From Verrucomicrobiota bacterium (GTDB lineage Bacteria; Verrucomicrobiota; Verrucomicrobiia; Chthoniobacterales; UBA10450): a stretch of 44,747 nucleotides of DNA. This document shows positions 8,385 to 16,742 of the stretch, in pieces. Each line of letters begins with the position of its first letter. The first letter of the stretch is position 1. Position numbers and translations under genes: made by a program. The DNA is taken from positions 1-44,747 of the forward strand of contig JBEEHO010000087.1 in assembly GCA_041167425.1 (NCBI GenBank), written 5' to 3'. A model generated the notes under the pieces. The model was given only the letters and a program-made list of their open reading frames with translations. It was not told where the DNA came from and made no database searches.

Positions 8385-10166
8385 ATGAGGGACCAGGTAA
8401 TCCGAATTGTCTTAGCCTCCGTTCTTTGGTTCGTGGAGGCTCGAGCGGCCCCTTTGTCGCGTCCGGATCACGTTGTCGTCGTGATCATGGAAAATCATTC
8501 CTACAGCCAGATCATCGGTTCGGCTGAAGCCCCAAATATCAACGCGCTCGCAGCGGAAGGCGCGAAATTCACGAACGCGCCGACAGATCCGGCCGGAGCG
8601 ACCAGCGGTTCGCACGCTCTCCGCCATCCGAGCCAGCCGAATTACCTCGAAATCTTTTCGGGAGATCATCAGGGCGTGGTCCAGGATGGAAGGCCGGGCG
8701 GCAGCAGCGAGCCTTCTGCTTCGCCGCCGCCATTCCAGACACCGAATCTGGCCGCGTCGCTCATCGCGGCCGGGCTTACCTTTTCCACGTACTCGGAAAA
8801 TCTTCCGGCAGCCGGGTTCGATGGCGACAGTTTCTCGACCGATCCCACCACGAACCAATACCAACGGAAGCACAATCCCGTCGCGAACTGGCAGGCGCTG
8901 GACGCACCGGCCAACCATCACGTTCCGCTTTCGGTTAACCAGCCCTTCAGCGCATTTCCGGCTGGCGCCGCGGGATACGCCGCGCTGCCCGCGATTTCAT
9001 TCGTCGTGCCGGACGAACAACACGACATGCACGACGGCTCGATCGCCCAGGGAGATGCGTGGCTCAAGACGTACATCCTGGATGGATATTATCAATGGGC
9101 CAAAGCGCACAACAGCCTGCTCGTTGTCACCTTCGACGAAGACGGCAACGACACGGCGAGCAATCAAATCGTGACGATCTTTGCCGGACCGATGATCAAG
9201 CCCGGCATCTATCTCGAGTCGAACATCAATCCGCCCGATGTCCGCGCGCCGGATGGATTGATCACGCCCACCGGGACCGCGATGACGCATCACAATGTTC
9301 TGCGCACGCTGACGGAAATGTATGGCCTTGCGCCCGTCGGGGCCTCCAGCAATACGCCGCCAGTCACGGACATTTTCTTTTCCGGCACACTCGTGAACAG
9401 CTCGACGCGCTTGCGCACCGGCCGCGGAAACGACGTGATGATTGGCGGCTTCATCATTCGCGGCTCGTCAAAAAAGAAAATAATGCTGCGCGGCCTGGGC
9501 CCGTCCATCCGGAGCAATGGCACGCCGCTTCCCGGCGCGCTGCAAGATCCGGTGCTCGAGTTGCACCAGAGCGACGGCGCGGTTCTGATGACGAACGATA
9601 ACTGGAAAGATACCCAACGATCCGATATTCAGGCGAGTGGCCTCGCGCCATCCGACGATCGCGAAGCGGCCATTTCGATTTCGCTGGACCCCGGGAATTA
9701 CACGGTGGTCCTCTCCGGCAAGAACGACACGACCGGCCTCGGACTGGTTGAAGCTTACGACATCGAACAAGCTACAAGCGCGAAGTTGCTTAACATCTCG
9801 ACCCGCGGCCGCGTCCAGACCGGCGACGACGTGATGATCGGCGGCATCATCGTCGGCGGTCCCGACCCGGCGCGCGTGATCTTTCGCGGAGCGGGACCAT
9901 CCATTTCCCGCGGTGGCGTTCCGGCCTCCGAGACGCTGGCCGATCCCACGCTGGAACTGCACAATGAAAACGGCGCAACGATCGGCTTCAACGATAACTG
10001 GAAAGACCAGCAGCAAACGGAAATCTTCAACAGCGGCCTCGCTCCATCCGATGACCGCGAAGCGGCGATCATCGGCAACTTCACACCGGGTCAGTACACG
10101 GCCATTCTTCGCGGCCGGAACGACACCGGAGGCATCGGCTTGGTCGAAGCCTACAAGCTGTATTAG
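8385..10166 (+). CDS. secreted phosphoesterase (AcpA/PLC-type family) with two C-terminal ~125-aa repeat domains
   Basis: Signal peptide (MRDQVIRIVLASVLWFVEARA). Phosphoesterase motifs HVVVVIMENHSYSQIIG and HPSQPNYLEIFSG. Tandem repeat domains at 9390-9764 and 9786-10163. An alternative GTG start is at 8349. Confidence 0.8.
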   Translation: MRDQVIRIVLASVLWFVEARAAPLSRPDHVVVVIMENHSYSQIIGSAEAPNINALAAEGAKFTNAPTDPAGATSGSHALRHPSQPNYLEIFSGDHQGVVQDGRPGGSSEPSASPPPFQTPNLAASLIAAGLTFSTYSENLPAAGFDGDSFSTDPTTNQYQRKHNPVANWQALDAPANHHVPLSVNQPFSAFPAGAAGYAALPAISFVVPDEQHDMHDGSIAQGDAWLKTYILDGYYQWAKAHNSLLVVTFDEDGNDTASNQIVTIFAGPMIKPGIYLESNINPPDVRAPDGLITPTGTAMTHHNVLRTLTEMYGLAPVGASSNTPPVTDIFFSGTLVNSSTRLRTGRGNDVMIGGFIIRGSSKKKIMLRGLGPSIRSNGTPLPGALQDPVLELHQSDGAVLMTNDNWKDTQRSDIQASGLAPSDDREAAISISLDPGNYTVVLSGKNDTTGLGLVEAYDIEQATSAKLLNISTRGRVQTGDDVMIGGIIVGGPDPARVIFRGAGPSISRGGVPASETLADPTLELHNENGATIGFNDNWKDQQQTEIFNSGLAPSDDREAAIIGNFTPGQYTAILRGRNDTGGIGLVEAYKLY

Positions 10167-10172
10167 ACGCAG

Positions 10173-10196
10173 GCCGTCTCCACGGCGTGAGACCGC
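10173..10196. terminator. hairpin between convergent genes (no T tract)
   Basis: GCCGTCTC (10173-10180) pairs with GAGACCGC (10189-10196) at 7/8 positions. It lies between the phosphoesterase stop and the CHAD gene stop. Confidence 0.25.
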
Positions 10197-10201
10197 GCCG
10201 G

Positions 10202-11152
10202 TTAATTCAAAAGCAGCACTGATCGTCCGTTAGGGGTGAGGCACCTCTGCTTCACCGTCTCCCATTCCGAAAAATATTGGGAGATCCGGCTCGCGAATTG
10301 TCGCGGGCGTTCGGCATAAAATCGCTCACCGAGCGCGATGGCGGCGCGCTCGAGTTCCCTTGCTCTTGCCTCGAGCAACCCATTGAGAACACGGTCGCCC
10401 TGTTTGCGTTTCCCAATCGAGGAAAGGCGGTCGGCCACGAAGGCAAGATCGTGAACCTCGCCCAGGTACTGGCCGATCGTTTTCAATTCGTCGTTCAACT
10501 CCTTGAAAACAGCCGGCGCCAGCGGACGCAAAAGCCGCAGCTGATACCACAGCGTCTTCGCCCGCTTGCGTAAGGTGTGCAGGTTTTTCGTGCTCGTTTT
10601 CCTGATCGCGATCTTCAGGCCTTTGCGGCCGCGTTGGTATGTTCGCTGCACGTTCTTTCGCAGCCGCTTGCAACTGAGATCGCCCAACGACCACGCCCCG
10701 ATGCGATCGAGCGTCTGGGTTAATTGTTCCCCGGCCTCGTGGGGCCATTCCGAAAACGCCGCCAGAAAACTGTCGAGCTCGAAGGTGAGAAGCTCTTCCG
10801 TTTCCAGGAATCTGCGCCCCCTTCCGCCGGCGAATTTGCGGAGCTGCCGCACCGTTTCCAAACGCACTTCCGCGTCGCGGACTTCGGAGATGAGCCGCCC
10901 GACCTTTCCCAGGCGGCGGTCTTCCCTCTTCCAAATGTCGCGATCCAATCCTCCTCGGACGAGCCGGAGCGCGGCCCGCGCCTTCTTCAAATGTTTCCGC
11001 GTCGCATGGACGGGTGAGCCCTTGCCGTTTTGCCTGGCCTTGCTCGCGCGGACGGCACCTTCGATTTGGTGACAAACAATGCGCTGAATGCCGTCACCGA
11101 GTGTTTCGTCCGCGCGCAATTCGTAGCTCATTTTTTTTGCCGGTCCGCTCAA
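10202..11152 (-). CDS. CHAD domain protein
   Basis: Helical, basic, His/Arg-rich repeats typical of CHAD (…HATRKHLKKARAALRL…, …LHTLRKRAKTLWYQLRLL…). The start overlaps the stop of the upstream CYTH gene (ATGA at 11149-11152). Confidence 0.8.
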   Translation of the reverse strand: MSGPAKKMSYELRADETLGDGIQRIVCHQIEGAVRASKARQNGKGSPVHATRKHLKKARAALRLVRGGLDRDIWKREDRRLGKVGRLISEVRDAEVRLETVRQLRKFAGGRGRRFLETEELLTFELDSFLAAFSEWPHEAGEQLTQTLDRIGAWSLGDLSCKRLRKNVQRTYQRGRKGLKIAIRKTSTKNLHTLRKRAKTLWYQLRLLRPLAPAVFKELNDELKTIGQYLGEVHDLAFVADRLSSIGKRKQGDRVLNGLLEARARELERAAIALGERFYAERPRQFASRISQYFSEWETVKQRCLTPNGRSVLLLN

Positions 11153-11625
11153 TCGTGCGCGAGCACCACGTTGCTGTATTTTGGTTTGCCGGTCACATCA
11201 CGGCCAATCCAGTCCGGCGGGACGAAGGCCGCGCAGCTCCGCCGGTTATCGAATTCCACTTCCGCCACGACCAGGCCTTTGTGCCGGCCGCGATAAATGT
11301 CGATCTCGATCGTGTGTGTTTTCCACGACACGTCGTAGCGAATCTTGGTCAATCGGCGTCCGGCCGTGGCGGGCCAGAGCGCATTGAATTGCTCGAGGCT
11401 CAGACGAATTTCGCGTTCCTCCCGTTCTCCCCCGGTGCCCTGTTTGTAGGCGAGCGAGAGGACGGAGCCTTTTTTGCGTAAACGAACTTGCAGTCCGCCG
11501 CGCCCGGCCGCGAGATAACCCTGCTCGATAGTGTCGTGCGGAAATTTTGACAGGCCCGGCGGAAGCCGCTTCAGGAGAAATTTTCTTTCGATCTCACGTG
11601 AAGACGGCTTTTTCGTCATTTTCAT
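11149..11625 (-). CDS. CYTH-domain triphosphate tunnel metalloenzyme
   Basis: Hallmark EIERKFLL motif near the N-terminus. I chose the start at ATG 11625 (MKMTKKPSSREIERKFLL) rather than 11730. Confidence 0.8.
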   Translation of the reverse strand: MKMTKKPSSREIERKFLLKRLPPGLSKFPHDTIEQGYLAAGRGGLQVRLRKKGSVLSLAYKQGTGGEREEREIRLSLEQFNALWPATAGRRLTKIRYDVSWKTHTIEIDIYRGRHKGLVVAEVEFDNRRSCAAFVPPDWIGRDVTGKPKYSNVVLAHD

Positions 11626-11736
11626 GTCCGCCAACCTCTTTTTGTGAACGGGAAAAACATCGCCGTCTTCTTTTGTTTCGGCCCGCGCCCGGAACCCGTC
11701 AAAATCTTTCGCGTGACAATTCGATGCCAACCCAAT

Positions 11737-11776
11737 TCGTCACCTGATTGTAACTTGGCCGTTACCGAAACGTGAG
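11737..11776 (+). promoter_or_regulatory. candidate Pho box array (four phased repeats) in the CYTH/pstS divergent region
   Basis: TCGTCAC ctga TTGTAAC ttgg CCGTTAC cgaa ACGTGAG. The G of each GTNAC core falls at 11739, 11750, 11761 and 11772, an exact 11-bp period. Confidence 0.5.
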
Positions 11777-11805
11777 GAATGGGAGAGAAAGAAAAACTAT
11801 CTCGT

Positions 11806-12618
11806 ATGAAAACATTACTCGTCACTCTCGTCACGGGCCTCCTTTTCGCCTCCACCTCAGCGCGTGCGGAACGCCTCGTCATCAAGGGATCGGACACGCT
11901 CGGCGCAAAGCTGGTCCCGCAATTGGCCGAGCAATTCAAAACACAGACCCCGGACGCCACCTTTGATATCGCCGCGGAAGGATCGACCACCGGTTTCGCG
12001 GCGCTGATCGATTCCACCGCGCAGATTGGCATGGCCAGCCGGCCGGCCAAGAGCGAAGAGATCGCCGCGGCGAAGGCGAAAGGCGTCGAGCTGAAAGAAA
12101 CCATCGTCGCGTATGACGGCGTGGCCGTCATTGTGAACGCGGCGAACCCGGTCAAGAACCTGACCAGGAAACAGGTGGAACAAATCTTCACCGGCGAAGT
12201 AAGCGATTGGAGCGCGGTGGGCGGATCGGGTGGCACGATTTCCATCTACACCCGCAACACTTCCTCCGGCACCTACTCGGAATTCAAGGAGCTCGCGATG
12301 AAGAAACGCGACTACGCCGCCTCCGCGCAAAAGATGGCGGGCAACGAGCAGATCGCGGCGGAAGTGGGAAAGAATGCGAACGGCGTCGGTTACGTCGGGC
12401 TCGCCTACACCAAGGCGAAAGGGATCAAAGTTGTCTCGATCGATGGCGCGCTGCCCTCAATCGAGAGCGTGCAGAAGAAAACCTATCCCTACGCGCGGCC
12501 GACTTTCTTTTACACAAATGGCGAACCGGCCGGCCTGGTAAAGGCATTCGTTGATTTCACCCTCAGCGCCACCGGTCAAAAAATTGTGGGCGATGTTGGG
12601 TTCGTTCCGATAAAATGA
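11806..12618 (+). CDS. pstS: phosphate ABC transporter substrate-binding protein (copy 1)
   Basis: Signal peptide [21 protein letters not shown], then IKGSDTLG…AAEGSTTG…TRNTSSGT motifs. The start is chosen by alignment with the paralog at 17829-18641. The track start at 11779 is possible. Confidence 0.9.
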   Translation: MKTLLVTLVTGLLFASTSARAERLVIKGSDTLGAKLVPQLAEQFKTQTPDATFDIAAEGSTTGFAALIDSTAQIGMASRPAKSEEIAAAKAKGVELKETIVAYDGVAVIVNAANPVKNLTRKQVEQIFTGEVSDWSAVGGSGGTISIYTRNTSSGTYSEFKELAMKKRDYAASAQKMAGNEQIAAEVGKNANGVGYVGLAYTKAKGIKVVSIDGALPSIESVQKKTYPYARPTFFYTNGEPAGLVKAFVDFTLSATGQKIVGDVGFVPIK

Positions 12619-12643
12619 GTTTGTTGTCGGCCTGATTTTTCGC

Positions 12644-13087
12644 GTGAAGTCGAACGTCCTTTTCATCTGTATTCATAACAGCGCCCGCAGCCAAATGGCG
12701 GAAGCGTGGCTCAATCACATTTGCGGCGATTTTTTCTCGGCGGAGAGCGCGGGCCTCGAGCCGGGCACGTTGAATCCTTTCGTCGTCCGGGCCATGCAGG
12801 AAATCGGGATCGATATTTCCCAAAAGAAAACACAGGCCGTCTTCGATGTCTTTAAGGCCGGAAAACTTTTCTCTCATGTGGTCACCGTTTGCGACGAGAC
12901 GAGCGCGGAGAAATGCCCGATCTTTCCCGGGATAACGAAGCGCTTGCATTGGAGCTTCGCCGATCCATCGGCGCTGACTGGAAACGATGAGGAAAAGATG
13001 GCGGGCGTACGGAAAATCAGGGAAGAAATCCGCGCAAAGGTCGAGGAGTGGTGCGAAGAAATCTGCCCGCACGGCACCGCGGCGTGA
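12644..13087 (+). CDS. arsC: arsenate reductase, thioredoxin-coupled LMW-PTPase family
   Basis: P-loop CIHNSARS (CX5R) plus the downstream Cys pair [14 protein letters not shown] start 26 nt after pstS. Confidence 0.8.
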   Translation: MKSNVLFICIHNSARSQMAEAWLNHICGDFFSAESAGLEPGTLNPFVVRAMQEIGIDISQKKTQAVFDVFKAGKLFSHVVTVCDETSAEKCPIFPGITKRLHWSFADPSALTGNDEEKMAGVRKIREEIRAKVEEWCEEICPHGTAA

Positions 13088-13298
13088 GAAGGATTTAGTC
13101 GGTGCGCGAGGCGGCTCGGCTCTTCCGGTGGGAGAAAATCTTGGAGCGGCTTCGCGGAAATTCCGCAAGTGAGTTCCGATGTGCCCGAGGCGGTAGAGCG
13201 CGATCACCTCTTTCGAGCGCATCCGGGTACACCCGAAACTGGCCCGGCGTCCGATGCGTTGCTGCGCAACCAGATCACGCGCGAGACAATTGCATGAT

Positions 13299-13446
13299 CT
13301 GGGGAGCGCACGCGCCTCGCGTGCTGGCGACGGCGCCTCGCCGTCGCGAACTTGCAGGCGCTTGTCTGGAGAGCGGAGTGAGTGTTGCAGAAAGTTCGTT
13401 GCGGCGAGGCGCCGCAACCTGCACGCGAGGCGCGTGCGCTCCCCGG
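13299..13446. repeat. family A palindromic (MITE/REP-like) element, copy 1
   Basis: Terminal inverted repeats CTGGGGAGCGCACGCGCCTCGCGTGC … GCACGCGAGGCGCGTGCGCTCCCCGG. The same termini occur at 22188-22303 and 25467-25601. Confidence 0.8.
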
Positions 13447-13474
13447 AGTTCCAACGGGACACTTGAAAAAGAAA

Positions 13475-13828
13475 TCACGCCGTTCTGCGGTTGTTCTTTT
13501 CCGGAACCAGGAGTTTCAAATCCTCGATCAGCGAATCGATCTTGCGCAGATCTTTTCGCCGCCCTTTCTCCGGCTTCAATTTGCGCTTTCGCACGTGGAT
13601 CATCAGGTCCCGCAACTGATTCAAACGCTCGCGCGACAATTCTTCGGCGGGCTTCAGCGAGCCCAGTGCGGCACGGCTTTCGGCCAGATTAATTTCCAGG
13701 CGCGCCGCGTAAGCCCGCACCGTCGCGCGCAGATCCTGCCGAAGTTTTTCCAACTCCCTCTCCAGCACTTTCGCGGGTGACGTATTTTCGGCTGTTGTGC
13801 GGATCTTTTTATGTTTGCTCGATGTCAT
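13475..13828 (-). CDS. hypothetical highly charged coiled-coil protein (117 aa)
   Basis: Only the ATG-13828 portion of ORF 13475..14524 looks protein-like (MTSSKHKK…LERELEKLRQDLRATVRAYAARLEINLAE…). No domain recognised. Confidence 0.45.
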   Translation of the reverse strand: MTSSKHKKIRTTAENTSPAKVLERELEKLRQDLRATVRAYAARLEINLAESRAALGSLKPAEELSRERLNQLRDLMIHVRKRKLKPEKGRRKDLRKIDSLIEDLKLLVPEKNNRRTA

Positions 13829-13876
13829 AAGGCAGTTCCTGTCAGTTCCGGCGTTTCCGCCAGCGGCGTGTCCGAT

Positions 13877-13895
13877 GATTGAAATGGATTGAAAT
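13877..13895. promoter_or_regulatory. AT-rich tandem direct repeat, candidate operator
   Basis: GATTGAAAT g GATTGAAAT with a 10-bp period. It lies in the divergent region between the gene starts at 13828 (-) and 14033 (+). Confidence 0.25.
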
Positions 13896-14032
13896 TCAGC
13901 AACTCGATCTCGCTCTCGAGCGTCTCCATTGCCCCGCAAAAATAGCAGGCGCGACCAGGCGCCGACAAAGTGAGTTTTGTTACGTTCGTGTGGCGAAGAA
14001 AATGTTCTTGCGTTGGCTGCATCGTCCAGAGA

Positions 14033-14377
14033 ATGTCCCACGCAATGCAACGCCAGCTTATGCGGCATCTGGCTGCCCCGCTCATCCGCGGAGCGGTCGC
14101 TGGCTGGCTCTGCGCCGCACTCCTTTTGGCGCTCGCGCTCAGTGTCTCGCCGCGCTGGCACGACCTGATCCACCCCGACGCCAAGAGCGGGAAACACGAA
14201 TGCGCGGTGACGCTGGTTAGCTCCGGCAATGTCCAGCACTCGGCGCCCGCGCCTCTGGTAGTAGTTCCGGCGCCGGCTCTGCAATTTTCTTTCGTTCCGG
14301 CGCTGCACCCTGTCTGGGTCGCGTCGCCTTTCATCGGCGCTCGCATCTTTGAGCACGCGCCGCCGGCGCGCGCCTAG
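14033..14377 (+). CDS. small membrane protein with a His/Cys motif, upstream of the TonB-dependent receptor
   Basis: One TM segment (GAVAGWLCAALLLALALSV) followed by WHDLIHPDAKSGKHECAVTL. The start is uncertain (ATG 14033, 14045 or 14060; the track gives 13970). Confidence 0.5.
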   Translation: MSHAMQRQLMRHLAAPLIRGAVAGWLCAALLLALALSVSPRWHDLIHPDAKSGKHECAVTLVSSGNVQHSAPAPLVVVPAPALQFSFVPALHPVWVASPFIGARIFEHAPPARA

Positions 14378-14535
14378 GCACGGGCTCCAGCCGCGTTCTC
14401 GCGCGGAGTATCGGTTTTCGATTCGTCGCGCGACTTGCGGCACGGATTTCGTGCACGCTCCCCTACCCTTGCGGCCTCGCCTCGCGAACGCCGCAGCAAC
14501 CACACGCACAAAAATGAATTTCAAAAACTTTATCC

Positions 14536-16653
14536 ATGAAAAACTTTCTTACCACAGCATTAGCATTGCTCGCCGTTGCGAGCGCTGCGATTGCCCAGGA
14601 TGCCGTTCAACCAACGGCTTCTCCCACACCGGCCGGCACGGCCGAGACTGAACGCATCGTTGTCCAAAGCGAAGAGCTGGACGTTTCGCGCGAGCAGATT
14701 GTCCCGAGCCTCGGCGCCACGCGTTACACAGTCGGTCCCGACCGGCTGGATTCGCAGGCCCAGGGCGAAAACGCCTCGTTCAACCAAACCATTCTCCGCT
14801 TCCCCGGCGTGGCGCAGGATTCATTTGGACAACTCCACGTCCGCGGCGAGCACGCCAATCTGCAATACCGCATTGACGACGTGCTCTTGCCCGAAAGCAT
14901 TCCTGGTTTCGGCCAGGAACTCGAGACGCGGTTCGCCGACAATATCTCGCTCATCACGGGAGCGTTGCCGGCACAGTTCGGTTTTCGCAACACCGGCGTA
15001 ATCGACATCCACACGAAAAGCGGAGCCGCCTTCCAGCAAAGCGAAGCGTCCGTTTACGTGGGAAGTTTCGACACGATCAAGCCGAGCTTCGAATTCGGGA
15101 ACGTGACCGGGAAACTTAGCTCCTACGTTTCAGCCAGTTATCTGCACAGTGGCATCGGGATCGAGAATCCCACCGGCAGCAGCAACCCGATCCACGACAA
15201 CACGGATCAATCCAAATTGTTCGGCTATTTTTCCTACATTTTTGATGAGACGAGCCGCCTCACCCTTCTCCTGAGCGGCAATCACAGCGACTTCCAGATC
15301 CCTGATAATCCCGGGCAAACGGGCGCCTTCACCGATCTGGGAAGATCCACCTTCGACTCCTCGAAACTCAACGAGAACCAGACCGAACAATCCTCCTACG
15401 CGATCCTAACCTACCAAAAGAAAATGGACGATTTCAGCATGCAGACGTCCATCTTCACGCGATACAGTTCCGTCTTGTTTCGGCCGGATGAGATCGGCGA
15501 TTTGATTTTCAACGGCGTCGCTTCGCGCGTGGATCGCGACATTGTCTCGAATGGAATCGAGTTCGATTCGAGCTATAAGCTGAACGACCAGCACACGGTC
15601 CGTGGTGGTTTTCTTTTCACCGAACAGCACGCCACCGTCGGGACGGCCACGCTCGTATTTCCCGTCGACGCAAACGGCAATCAAACGAGCGATGTGCCGC
15701 AACGGATCGTCGATAACAGCCAAAAATATGGCTACTTCTACGGCTTCTATTTGCAGGACGAATGGAAACCGTTCGAGCAACTCACGATTAATTTCGGCGG
15801 GCGGCTGGATTTTGTGAATGCGTTTTCGAATGAAAACCAACTCAGCCCGCGGCTTAACGTTGTTTACGAACCGTTCAAAGGCACGGTCATTCACGGTGGT
15901 TATGCGCGCTACTTCACCCCGCCGCCCCTGGAGAACGTCGATCAAAGCACGATCGCCAAATTCGCCGGCACGACCAATGAATCGGCCATCACCCAAAATT
16001 CTTCCGTTACCTCCGAGCGGGCGCACTATTTCGACGTCGGCGTGACGCAGAAAGTCGCCGAGGGATTCAACATCGGACTCGACGGCTTCTATAAAAGCTC
16101 GCACTCGACGCTGGATGAAGGTCAGTTCGGTCAGGCGCTCATCCTTTCCTCTTTCAACTACAAGCGCGGCGAGATATACGGCGGCGAAATTACTTCCAGT
16201 TACGATCACGGTCCGTTCTCCGCTTATCTGAACGCCGGCTATGAATGGGCGCGCGGAACCCAGGTCAGCTCCGGGCAATTTCTCTTCGGTTCCGACGAGA
16301 TCGACTACATCAGCAACCACTGGGTTTTCCTCGACCACGATCAGCGTTTCACCGCGTCATCCGGCGTTTCCTACACCTGGAACGATTGGAAAGCGGCGAT
16401 AGACGGACTTTACGGGAACGGTTTGCGCCGCGGATTTGCCAACACGATGAAGAACCGTCCTTACGAGACGTTCAATCTCAGCCTCCAACGCCGGTTCAAG
16501 ATCGGCGCAAAAACTTCCGTCGTCGTGCGGTTCGATGCCGTGAATTTATTGGATAAAATTTACCAGCTGCGTGACGGCAGTGGCATCGGGGTCGGCGCGC
16601 CGCAATTCGGTCAGCGTCGCGGATTCTACGGCACGCTTGCCTTCGACTTCTAA
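14536..16653 (+). CDS. TonB-dependent outer-membrane receptor
   Basis: Signal peptide, plug-domain motifs (…RFPGVAQDSFGQLHVRGEHANLQYRIDDV…), a long beta-barrel region and a terminal aromatic residue (…GTLAFDF). Confidence 0.9.
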   Translation: MKNFLTTALALLAVASAAIAQDAVQPTASPTPAGTAETERIVVQSEELDVSREQIVPSLGATRYTVGPDRLDSQAQGENASFNQTILRFPGVAQDSFGQLHVRGEHANLQYRIDDVLLPESIPGFGQELETRFADNISLITGALPAQFGFRNTGVIDIHTKSGAAFQQSEASVYVGSFDTIKPSFEFGNVTGKLSSYVSASYLHSGIGIENPTGSSNPIHDNTDQSKLFGYFSYIFDETSRLTLLLSGNHSDFQIPDNPGQTGAFTDLGRSTFDSSKLNENQTEQSSYAILTYQKKMDDFSMQTSIFTRYSSVLFRPDEIGDLIFNGVASRVDRDIVSNGIEFDSSYKLNDQHTVRGGFLFTEQHATVGTATLVFPVDANGNQTSDVPQRIVDNSQKYGYFYGFYLQDEWKPFEQLTINFGGRLDFVNAFSNENQLSPRLNVVYEPFKGTVIHGGYARYFTPPPLENVDQSTIAKFAGTTNESAITQNSSVTSERAHYFDVGVTQKVAEGFNIGLDGFYKSSHSTLDEGQFGQALILSSFNYKRGEIYGGEITSSYDHGPFSAYLNAGYEWARGTQVSSGQFLFGSDEIDYISNHWVFLDHDQRFTASSGVSYTWNDWKAAIDGLYGNGLRRGFANTMKNRPYETFNLSLQRRFKIGAKTSVVVRFDAVNLLDKIYQLRDGSGIGVGAPQFGQRRGFYGTLAFDF

Positions 16654-16742
16654 GACTCCATTCGGCCTTTATTCGTCAGCCGCTGGAGCGAGGGTCCGAT
16701 CCCCTTCTCCGGTTTTTCGCCGGCGGCGACGGCTAAGCCACC

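Noticed and set aside
12563-13692. ORFs 12563..13462 (-, 299 aa), 13102..13692 (+, 196 aa) and smaller ones across the arsC downstream region
   Set aside because: They run antisense through arsC and straight through the family A palindrome. Peptides such as SGERTRLAC… and GAHAPRVLA… recur wherever the repeat occurs, so they are repeat-derived rather than genes.
13871-13900. Fur box reading of GATGATTGAAATGGATTGAAATTCA
   Set aside because: Only about half of the positions match the 19-bp GATAATGATAATCATTATC consensus by eye. It is reported only as a generic direct-repeat operator candidate.
13829-14524. N-terminal two-thirds of the 349-aa ORF 13475..14524 (-)
   Set aside because: This part is antisense to the small His/Cys membrane protein gene and the receptor upstream region, and it is Arg-rich low complexity. 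Only the 117-aa portion from ATG 13828 was kept.
13829-14535. Cobalamin or other riboswitch upstream of the TonB-dependent receptor
   Set aside because: I could not find a B12-box-like sequence or any other conserved riboswitch core in either upstream segment.
15406-16338. 310-aa minus-strand ORF inside the TonB-dependent receptor gene
   Set aside because: It is antisense to a gene with clear signal, plug, barrel and C-terminal Phe features, and has no motifs of its own.
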